A stretch of DNA of 42,071 bases from Xanthobacteraceae bacterium (GTDB lineage Bacteria; Pseudomonadota; Alphaproteobacteria; Rhizobiales; Xanthobacteraceae), in NCBI GenBank assembly GCA_030044555.1, contig JASHVN010000280.1, forward strand, positions 1 through 42,071, in the 5' to 3' direction. Each line of letters opens with the position of its first letter. The stretch's first letter is position 1. The position numbers and the translations under genes are program-made. Shown piece by piece: positions 27,578 through 34,928 of this stretch. The notes beneath the pieces were generated by a model. The model saw only the letters and a list, made by a program, of their open reading frames with translations, was not told the DNA's origin and searched no databases.

Positions 27578-28298
27578 GAACGACCTTGTGACGCCGCCGT
27601 CGCTCACGTGGCATTGCTGTTCCGCCACGCGCGCCGGCCTCCGTCACATAGTCAACGAAGATGCCGCCGCGGAGCTTGCCGACGTGGGGGTGTTCGTCGT
27701 CGCGGACGGCATGGGCGGTCATACCGATGGAGCGTTGGCCAGCCGCTCGATCGTCGAGATCATCCGCTGTGTCGCCTATATGCATGACGGCTTGGATGCG
27801 CGTGTCGCCGATATCGAAGCCGCCTTGCACTCGGTCAACGAAGCCTTGCGCCGGGAGGCTGCGTCCCGGCCGGGCAGCAACGTCATCATCGGTTCGACCG
27901 TCGCCGTTCTCGTCGTGAACGAACACTATGCGGTCTGCATATGGGGCGGTGATTCACGGATTTATCTTCGCCGCCGCGACCACCTCTATCAGCTCACCAA
28001 AGATCACACCTTGCAGGCCGAAGAGGATGCCGACGCGCCGAGCGGGATTTTGACGCGTGCCGTCGGATCAGCCGAAACCCTCGACCTCGACCGGGTGGTC
28101 ACCACCGTCGAGCCCGACGATACATTTCTGGTGTGCAGCGACGGCCTCACCAAAGTGCTGTCGGACGAGGATCTGAATGCCTTGCTGGCAGAGCCGATCG
28201 AAGGCTTGGCGGCGCGCCTCGTCGCCAGCGCCGTTGACGGGGGTTCAACCGACGACATCAGCGCCATTCTGGTCCGTTGCACCGAGAAGACAATATGA
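27570..28298 (+). CDS. pppA: PP2C-family Ser/Thr phosphatase PppA
   Basis: It begins at the internal ATG 27570 (MLENDLV...), overlapping the tagF stop by 8 nt. PP2C motifs: RHIVNEDA, VVADGMGGH, WGGDSRIY, LVCSDGL, DDISAILV. Confidence 0.88.
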   Translation: MLENDLVTPPSLTWHCCSATRAGLRHIVNEDAAAELADVGVFVVADGMGGHTDGALASRSIVEIIRCVAYMHDGLDARVADIEAALHSVNEALRREAASRPGSNVIIGSTVAVLVVNEHYAVCIWGGDSRIYLRRRDHLYQLTKDHTLQAEEDADAPSGILTRAVGSAETLDLDRVVTTVEPDDTFLVCSDGLTKVLSDEDLNALLAEPIEGLAARLVASAVDGGSTDDISAILVRCTEKTI

Positions 28299-29194
28299 AC
28301 GCGCCGGTGGACGGCCCGGTCGTGCCTATCGGCTATGCGCTGCGCGGCCGCTTCAAACTCTTGGAGGTCATCGGAGAGGGAGGGCTCAGCACGGTGTACC
28401 GCGCCGTGGACGAGATCGGCGTGCAGGCGCGGGAGCCGAGCCCGGAGGTTGCCGTCAAGGTCGTTCGGCCGCATCCGACGCTGCGCGATGAACTGATTGA
28501 GCTTCTTCATCGCGAGGCGCGTCTGCTGCGCGACTTGGTGCATCCCCACCTGGTGCGCATTTACGACTCTGATTACGACGGCAAATATCACTTTCTGGTC
28601 ATGGAGCTTCTGCAAGGGCGCTCGCTGGCGGTGATCTTGCGCGAGCGCCAGGGCCGGCCGCTGTCTCCCGACGTCTCTTTCCGCATCATCCGGTCGGTCG
28701 GCAGCGGCCTTGTCCATATGCACCGTCTGGGCATCGTTCACGGCGATCTCAAGCCCGGAAATGTTTTCATGACGGCCGAGGGCGACGTAAAGATCCTCGA
28801 CTTTGGTGCCGCGCTGATGCCCGACCATGCGCCGCAGCAGAACGAAACGAACGCGGCGGTTTCTTTGCCCGACGGGGTTGGGCTCGTCACTCCGGCCTAT
28901 GCGTCGCCCGAAATGCTCGCGGGGGAGCCGTGCGCCGAAGCGGACGATGTCTATGCGCTTTCCGTGCTCGCCTATCTGGCATTGACCGGGCATCATCCGT
29001 TTCTTGGCCGTGCCGCCGACCAGGCGCTCAAAGAGGGGCTCAAGCCTGCTACGCCCGCCACCCTGTCGGCAGCGCAATGGCGCGTGCTTGCAGCCGGCTT
29101 GGCGCTGTCACATTGCGAGCGCATCCAGACGGTAGGCGAGTTCGTCGAGCAACTCAGCCGCCCGACCCTGAGCTACAGGCTCTTTGGCCGCTGA
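28295..29194 (+). CDS. ppkA: Ser/Thr protein kinase of the T6SS threonine-phosphorylation pathway; PpkA-like but kinase domain only
   Basis: Hanks motifs: GEGGLSTVYRA, VAVKV, HGDLKPGNVF, DFG, SPE. The start at ATG 28295 gives an ATGA overlap with the pppA stop. About 300 aa, with no TM segment and no extracytoplasmic domain. Confidence 0.85.
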   Translation: MNAPVDGPVVPIGYALRGRFKLLEVIGEGGLSTVYRAVDEIGVQAREPSPEVAVKVVRPHPTLRDELIELLHREARLLRDLVHPHLVRIYDSDYDGKYHFLVMELLQGRSLAVILRERQGRPLSPDVSFRIIRSVGSGLVHMHRLGIVHGDLKPGNVFMTAEGDVKILDFGAALMPDHAPQQNETNAAVSLPDGVGLVTPAYASPEMLAGEPCAEADDVYALSVLAYLALTGHHPFLGRAADQALKEGLKPATPATLSAAQWRVLAAGLALSHCERIQTVGEFVEQLSRPTLSYRLFGR

Positions 29195-29266
29195 GCCAAG
29201 TGGTGACTGTCGTAAAAGCATCAAATACGGAAAATATGTTTCCAGCTGTGTTGAAGCGTTTCGGCA

Positions 29267-29281
29267 TGGCACTCGTCGAGC
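29267..29281 (+). promoter_or_regulatory. Candidate sigma-54 promoter upstream of vgrG
   Basis: TGGCAC-tcgtc-GAGC: perfect -24 box, correct GG-N10-GC spacing, degenerate -12 box (GAGC instead of TTGC). It lies about 93 nt upstream of the vgrG ATG. Confidence 0.35.
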
Positions 29282-29373
29282 GTCGTGACGCCGATCTCCA
29301 CGCAGCTCAAATTGTTGCGCTAGCGCGCCGGCCGGCCGCGTAAGCCCAACGCGACTTTCGAGGACAGACACGG

Positions 29374-30858
29374 ATGGCCGACAACAATCTTGTCATCGAA
29401 CTCGAATTCGTCAACAAGCCCAACATCAAGCTCGACGCGCAGGGATTCGAGGGTAGGGAGAGCATTTCGCAGCTCTTCAGCTTTCGCGTCTATGCGACGA
29501 CGACGTCGAACGATCTCGATACGGCATCGCTGGTCGGCGAGCGGGTCAAACTGAAGGTCACGACCGCCTGCGGCCATTGGATCGCGTGCGGCCTTTGCAC
29601 GCAGGTCGAAGAGCTCGATCCAACCGCGACGGACGAGCGCGTGCTGCAATTCCTCATCAAACCGCGCTTTGCCGCGGCGCAGCTCGTGGTCGAGAACCGC
29701 ATTTACGGGCCGGCGCAGGCGGTAGGCGTTGACGACGTGGTCAAGCAGGGCATCGGACGAGCCCCGATCGCCATTCCGGCCGAGTACAATCTCGACTCCT
29801 ATCCCAAGCGCAATTACGTCGTTCAATACAACGAAAGCCATTTCGCCTTCATCTCCCGGCTCTGCGAGCGCGACGGGATTTTCTACTTCTTCAAGCATGA
29901 GGACGGCGGCGAGAGCGTCGTGTTCGCCGACAAGAACCTGGCGTTCCCCAAAATCAAGTTCGGCGGCCGGTCGTCGATCCTCTATTCGCATCATCGCGAT
30001 CGCCATATGGGGCGCCAAGCCGATGAAGCTGCCGTGCTGGTGTTCGGCCAGCGCCGCACGCTCTCGAGCAAGACCATCAAGTTGCGCGACTATAACGAAA
30101 CGATGCCTTCCGTTGTCTCCGGCAATAACGACGTCGGCCAAGGCAACGCGTTTCTCGGCAAGGTCGAATGGTTTGGCGGACATTTCCCGGACGAAGGCGC
30201 GGCGACCAAGCTGGCGCGGATCCGGGCGGAGCGGATTGCGGCTGAGCAGACGACCTATGTGGTGGAGACCGATGCGCCGGAATTGCGCGCCGGCGCCATC
30301 TTCGAAATGCAGGGGCATCCGCGATTTGACGGGGAATATCTTGTCGTCAGCGCCACGCATTCGGGCTATCGGCCGGCTCCTGTCGGCTTCCAGGCGTTTG
30401 CGCAGGACGGCCGTGCCTATCGCAACAGCTTGCAGTGTATCCGCTCCGATGTCCCCTATCGGCCGCCGCTGGCAACGCCGGTGCCGCTCGGATACGGCTT
30501 GCATACGGCTAAAGTGGACGGCGAAGCCTGGAACGGCCGCGCCGAAATCGACGGCCAGGGCCGGTACAAGTTGCAGCTCACATTCGTCGACGAAGCGGCG
30601 CCGAGGGGGCGAGGCAGCGATTATGTTCGCAAGATCGAGCCCTATGTCGGACCGAGCCAGACTGGCCTGCATTTTCCGCTGGTCGCAGGCACCGAAGTTC
30701 TCGTCGCCTATATGAACGGCGACATCGACCGGCCGATCGTCATTGGCGCCGTCCACAACCCCGACATGATCGACTTGGTGACGGCGGACTCAAATCTGTT
30801 CAATCGCCTCAAGTCGCAGTCGGGCGCCTTCTTGGAGATTTTCGACGGTCCCGTATGA
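29374..30858 (+). CDS. vgrG: T6SS spike protein VgrG (TssI), short form: gp27-like plus gp5 OB-fold only, no C-terminal beta-helix
   Basis: 494 aa. The N-terminus ...AQGFEGRESISQLFSFRV...LVGERVKLKV... and the block ...YVVQYNESHFAFISRLCERDGIFYFF... are typical VgrG. It ends ...GTEVLVAYMNGDIDRPIVIGAVHNPD...KSQSGAFLEIFDGPV*, which is where the beta-helix of canonical VgrGs starts. Confidence 0.9.
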   Translation: MADNNLVIELEFVNKPNIKLDAQGFEGRESISQLFSFRVYATTTSNDLDTASLVGERVKLKVTTACGHWIACGLCTQVEELDPTATDERVLQFLIKPRFAAAQLVVENRIYGPAQAVGVDDVVKQGIGRAPIAIPAEYNLDSYPKRNYVVQYNESHFAFISRLCERDGIFYFFKHEDGGESVVFADKNLAFPKIKFGGRSSILYSHHRDRHMGRQADEAAVLVFGQRRTLSSKTIKLRDYNETMPSVVSGNNDVGQGNAFLGKVEWFGGHFPDEGAATKLARIRAERIAAEQTTYVVETDAPELRAGAIFEMQGHPRFDGEYLVVSATHSGYRPAPVGFQAFAQDGRAYRNSLQCIRSDVPYRPPLATPVPLGYGLHTAKVDGEAWNGRAEIDGQGRYKLQLTFVDEAAPRGRGSDYVRKIEPYVGPSQTGLHFPLVAGTEVLVAYMNGDIDRPIVIGAVHNPDMIDLVTADSNLFNRLKSQSGAFLEIFDGPV

Positions 30859-30877
30859 GCGGTTGGCTTGATCTCGC

Positions 30878-31234
30878 ATGACTGTGTGGCGTCCAGCTGA
30901 CCGCGAAATTGATGCCGTGCTCGAGGCGGTGGCGCACGCGATCCGTGCGACGATCGCTCCCGGGGCACCCGTTCAGTCGCCGCCGCCGTCAGCGGATGGG
31001 ATTCGCGAGGTCCAGTTGGACGACGGACGCATTGTCCGCACAAAGTTATTCGCGCAGGAAATGAAGCAGGAGCACCGCGGCGCCCGCACGGTGCTGATTT
31101 ACGCCGTCGGCGGCAGCGCAGTGGTCGATCGCGACGGCTACGCGGTCAGCGGCCAAGCCGTTCTCGATATCGTCACGCGCGCCTTCCTCGACGTGGACTG
31201 TCATTTGGAAGCGGTCGGTGCCGTCACGCCATGA
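30878..31234 (+). CDS. Hypothetical 118-aa protein between vgrG and hcp
   Basis: ATG 19 nt after the vgrG stop and high GC3 throughout. No signal peptide, TM segment or recognisable motif. Confidence 0.55.
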   Translation: MTVWRPADREIDAVLEAVAHAIRATIAPGAPVQSPPPSADGIREVQLDDGRIVRTKLFAQEMKQEHRGARTVLIYAVGGSAVVDRDGYAVSGQAVLDIVTRAFLDVDCHLEAVGAVTP

Positions 31235-31362
31235 TCGGCATTCGGGACCACTGCGCAGGTCCCGGTGCGTTCGCCGTCGGTTGCGCTGAAATCTGCGCAG
31301 TGCGTTTCCTGCGTTCGCTGCAAAAACGCGCGTTTTTCAACGATTACAGCGAATGGCGAAGT

Positions 31363-31377
31363 TGGCACGCCGGTTGC
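31363..31377 (+). promoter_or_regulatory. Sigma-54 (RpoN) -24/-12 promoter of hcp
   Basis: An exact TGGCAC-gccgg-TTGC match to the TGGCAC-N5-TTGC consensus, about 64 nt upstream of the hcp start. A sigma-54 enhancer-binding protein is encoded in the same locus (34925..36631). Confidence 0.8.
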
Positions 31378-31440
31378 GATGGGCATCGCGCCGACACCTG
31401 TCGGCATACCTCATGCGTCAAGACATAAAGGAGCGCAGCC

Positions 31441-31953
31441 GTGTCAATGGAAGCCTACATGACGATAAAGGGGAAGAAGCAGGGCGATATTCATAAGGAT
31501 GCATCGAAGCCGAAGAGCCTGGGCCAGCACGCCAGGAGCGATTCTTCGATGCAGGAGAAGATCACCATCGTCGGCTTCGGGATGGGAATCGTGGTGCCGC
31601 GCGACATGTCGAGCGGCGTCGCTACCGGCGCTCGTAATCACCAGCCGGTGGTTTTCACCAAGTTCTTCGACCGCTCGTCGCCACTGCTCTGGCAGGCGCT
31701 GGCCCAAAACGAGCTGCTCGATGAGGTCGTGGCCGATTTCTATCGCACCGATCCGGGTGGAATGCCGAAGCCGGAGAATTTCTTCAAAATCACCTGGAAA
31801 CACGCGACCTTGATCGAGGGTCGGTCCTATGTGCCGTTGACCATCAACCCGCAGAACAACTTCTTCCAAAACATGGAGGATTGGTCCTTCACCTATAAGG
31901 AGGTGAAGTGGGAGCACGTCCCGGAAAGCACCAGCGGCGAAGACAGGTGGTAA
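31441..31953 (+). CDS. hcp: T6SS inner tube protein Hcp (TssD)
   Basis: 170 aa, Hcp1-family pattern (...AYMTIKGKKQGDI...ITIVGFGMGIVVPRD..SG.ATG.R.HQPVVFTKFFDRSSPLLWQAL...W.FTYKEVKWEH). An AAGGAG RBS at 31428-31433 favours GTG 31441 or ATG 31447 as the start. Confidence 0.92.
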   Translation: MSMEAYMTIKGKKQGDIHKDASKPKSLGQHARSDSSMQEKITIVGFGMGIVVPRDMSSGVATGARNHQPVVFTKFFDRSSPLLWQALAQNELLDEVVADFYRTDPGGMPKPENFFKITWKHATLIEGRSYVPLTINPQNNFFQNMEDWSFTYKEVKWEHVPESTSGEDRW

Positions 31954-31957
31954 TCGC

Positions 31958-32015
31958 CTTTGGAGCATGATCCCGAAAAGTGGATACCGGTTTTCGGAAA
32001 AGATCATGCTCAAAG
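31958..32015. repeat. REP-like palindromic element immediately after the hcp stop, same family as 1271-1340
   Basis: ctttggagcatgatc (31958-31972) / gatcatgctcaaag (32002-32015), with inner ccgaaaa (31973-31979) / ttttcgg (31991-31997). On the reverse strand it gives the ghost peptide MIFSENRYPLFGIML. Confidence 0.6.
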
Positions 32016-32034
32016 GAGAAATCTAGCCCTGCCG

Positions 32035-32069
32035 CTCCCGCCGCCGCCAACGTGGCGGCGGGAGTTTTT
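32035..32069 (+). terminator. Rho-independent terminator downstream of hcp
   Basis: Perfect 11-bp GC-rich stem ctcccgccgcc (32035-32045) / ggcggcgggag (32054-32064), an 8-nt loop, then TTTTT (32065-32069). Confidence 0.8.
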
Positions 32070-32198
32070 ATTGCGTCATTCCAGCTACACAAAAGATCGT
32101 AACTCTATCTCGGGTGAGAGGGGTGGGAGCGTCGGCGGCTGAGCTTTGGTCTCTCGGGCAGCCCCGCTTCCAGCGGCAAGATCAAGGGACGCGCAACG

Positions 32199-34928
32199 AT
32201 GATCCAGGTGGACTTGAAGCAATTGCTTGGGCGCCTCAACGCCTACAGCCGGCGCAGCCTGGAAACGGCGGCCGGACTGTGTGTGTCCCGCGGCAATTAT
32301 GAGGTCGCGATCGAACACCTGCTTCTGGTCATGGCCGACGACGCTCAGCGCGATATTCCGCTCGTGCTCAACCAGTATGGAATCGATATCGGCCAGTTCA
32401 AGCGCGCGCTGCAAAAGGCGGTCGACGGGATGCGCACCGGCAATACGGGGCGGCCGGTCTTTTCGCCCACCCTTGTCGAATTTCTCGCGGACGCGTGGCT
32501 GATCGCCTCAATCGAGCTGCGGCTCGGTCAAATCCGCTCCGGGGCGATATTCCTGACCTTGCTCGCCAACGGCGCCCGATTCTCGCTTGCTGAATGGTTC
32601 GATCTGATCAGGGCCATCCCGGTAGCCGATTTGAAAGCCAAGTTCGCGGAGGTCCTGTCGTCATCGACAGAAGAGGCCGGTTCTCTCGCCGTCGAAAGTG
32701 GCAAGGGGGCGGCTTCGTCCGGCGCGTCGCCCGCCGCCAATCCCGACAGCGCGCTGGCGCGTTTCACGGTCAACTTCACGGAGGCCGCGCGCAAGGGGAA
32801 GATAGACGCGGTGTTCGGCCGCGATCGCGAAATCCGGCAGATGATCGATATTCTCGGCCGGCGGCGGAAGAATAATCCCATCTGCGTTGGCGATCCGGGC
32901 GTCGGCAAAACCGCAGTGGTCGAGGGCCTGGCGCTGAAAATCGCGCAAGACGACGTTCCGGACTTCCTCAAGGGCGTCGATCTGCTCAGCCTCGATCTCG
33001 GCATGCTGCAGGCGGGCGCCGGGGTGAAGGGCGAATTCGAAAATCGTCTCAAGGGCATCATCGACGAGGTGAAGGGGTCGCCCAAGCCGTTGATGCTGTT
33101 TATCGATGAAGCGCACATGCTGGTCGGCGGCGGTGCTTCGGCCGGCGGCGCCGACGCCGCCAATCTGCTCAAGCCGGCGCTCGCGCGCGGAGAACTGCGC
33201 ACGGTGGCGGCGACCACATGGAGTGAATACAAAAAATATTTCGAGAAAGACCCGGCGCTGGCGCGGCGTTTCCAATTGGTCAAGCTCGATGAACCCTCGC
33301 CCCGGGACGCGGAAGTCATCTTGCGTGGATTGCGCCAGGCCTACGAGGGCAGTCACGGCGTCTATATTCGCGACGACGCGGTGGCCGCCGCTGCGGCGCT
33401 GTCGGCCCGTTACATTTCCGGGCGTCAGCTTCCGGACAAGGCGGTCGACGTGCTCGACACCGCTTGCGCGCGCGTCAAGCTTTCGCTGACGACGCGCCCG
33501 GCCGAACTCGAGGATAAAGAGCGCTCTATCGCCATGCTGGCGCGCGAGCGTGATGCGCTCACGCGCGACTCCGTCGTGGCAGGCCGGTCGCAGGCCGAGC
33601 GGGTCGAGGCGATCGAGGCGGAGATCAACACGATCCAGACCGCGCTCACGGCGCTCGAGCGGCAATGGCGCGCCGAAGCGGCGCTGGTGTCGGACGTTGT
33701 CGCGTTGCGCAACCGCCTTCACGGTGGCAGCGACGGCGGCGCCGCGAAGTCCGGCGGAACGGCAACAGACCCGCAAGACCGCGATGACGCGCCGATCGAT
33801 CGGACGAAGCTGCAGGCCGAGCTGCAGGAGAAAATGGCGCAGCTCCAGGCGCTCCATTGCGGCAAGCCGCTGGTCCATTACGAAGTAACGCCGGAGGCGG
33901 TCGGGCAGGTGATCGCGGACTGGACCGGCATTCCGGTCGGCAACATGGTCAAGGACGAAGCCCAGGCGATACTGACGCTCGCGGAAAAGCTGCGCGATCG
34001 CGTGAAGGGCCAAGACCACGCGATCCAGGCGCTCGACGAAGGCATGCGCGCCGCCAAGGCCGGGGTGAACAATCCCGGCCAGCCGATGGGCGTGTTCCTG
34101 TTCGTGGGGACATCCGGCGTCGGCAAGACCGAGCTCGCAACGCAACTCTCCGACATTCTCTTCGGCGGCGAACGCTTCCTTATCACTATCAACATGTCGG
34201 AATTCCAGGAGAAGCACACCGTCTCCAAACTTGTCGGCGCGCCCGCTGGCTATGTCGGATACGGCGAAGGCGGTGTGCTCACCGAGGCGGTACGACAGCG
34301 GCCTTATTCGGTCGTGCTGCTCGATGAGGTCGAGAAGGCCGATCCGGAGGTGCTGAACCTCTTTTATCAGGTGTTCGATAAGGGCACTTTGTCGGACGGC
34401 GAGGGACGCATTGTCGATTTCAAAAATACCGTCGTCGTGCTCACGTCCAACCTTGCCACCGACATTATCACCGAACTGGGCACCCGGGCGGAGCGGCCGA
34501 CGATCGCCGAGCTTACCGAGGCGATCCGGCCGACTTTGTCGCGGCACTTCAAGCCGGCGCTGCTCGCACGCATGCAGATCGTGCCGTTTTATCCGCTGAT
34601 GTCGGATATTTTGGCGGAAATCGTCCGATTGAAGCTCGACAAAGTCGGCCGCCGCCTGGCGACCAGCCAGAAGCTGAAGTTTGAATATACGGACGCCGTG
34701 GTCGAGGCGATCGCAGCGCGCTGCACCGAGGTCGAGACCGGTGCGCGCAACATCGATCACATCGTCAACAAGACGCTGTTGCCCGACATTGCGACCGAAG
34801 TGCTGGCGCGCCTCGGGGCGGGGCGCGAGTACCGGGCGCTCAAGGTTGATGTCGGCGCGGACGGGCACTTCAACTATCTGTTCGATGAGGCGGGAGAGAT
34901 GCCTCAGACCCTCGCGGCGGCGGAGTGA
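32199..34928 (+). CDS. clpV: T6SS AAA+ ATPase ClpV (TssH)
   Basis: 909 aa. Clp N-domain, then two AAA+ modules with Walker A GDPGVGKT and GTSGVGKT. No ClpP-binding loop is obvious. Confidence 0.93.
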   Translation: MIQVDLKQLLGRLNAYSRRSLETAAGLCVSRGNYEVAIEHLLLVMADDAQRDIPLVLNQYGIDIGQFKRALQKAVDGMRTGNTGRPVFSPTLVEFLADAWLIASIELRLGQIRSGAIFLTLLANGARFSLAEWFDLIRAIPVADLKAKFAEVLSSSTEEAGSLAVESGKGAASSGASPAANPDSALARFTVNFTEAARKGKIDAVFGRDREIRQMIDILGRRRKNNPICVGDPGVGKTAVVEGLALKIAQDDVPDFLKGVDLLSLDLGMLQAGAGVKGEFENRLKGIIDEVKGSPKPLMLFIDEAHMLVGGGASAGGADAANLLKPALARGELRTVAATTWSEYKKYFEKDPALARRFQLVKLDEPSPRDAEVILRGLRQAYEGSHGVYIRDDAVAAAAALSARYISGRQLPDKAVDVLDTACARVKLSLTTRPAELEDKERSIAMLARERDALTRDSVVAGRSQAERVEAIEAEINTIQTALTALERQWRAEAALVSDVVALRNRLHGGSDGGAAKSGGTATDPQDRDDAPIDRTKLQAELQEKMAQLQALHCGKPLVHYEVTPEAVGQVIADWTGIPVGNMVKDEAQAILTLAEKLRDRVKGQDHAIQALDEGMRAAKAGVNNPGQPMGVFLFVGTSGVGKTELATQLSDILFGGERFLITINMSEFQEKHTVSKLVGAPAGYVGYGEGGVLTEAVRQRPYSVVLLDEVEKADPEVLNLFYQVFDKGTLSDGEGRIVDFKNTVVVLTSNLATDIITELGTRAERPTIAELTEAIRPTLSRHFKPALLARMQIVPFYPLMSDILAEIVRLKLDKVGRRLATSQKLKFEYTDAVVEAIAARCTEVETGARNIDHIVNKTLLPDIATEVLARLGAGREYRALKVDVGADGHFNYLFDEAGEMPQTLAAAE

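Noticed and set aside
29320-30756. 478-aa ORF antisense to vgrG
   Set aside because: The + strand frame carries canonical VgrG motifs. The antisense translation has none and is Arg-rich.
32661-34868. 735-aa ORF antisense to clpV
   Set aside because: The same high-GC antisense artefact. The + strand frame encodes an unmistakable double-AAA+ ClpV.
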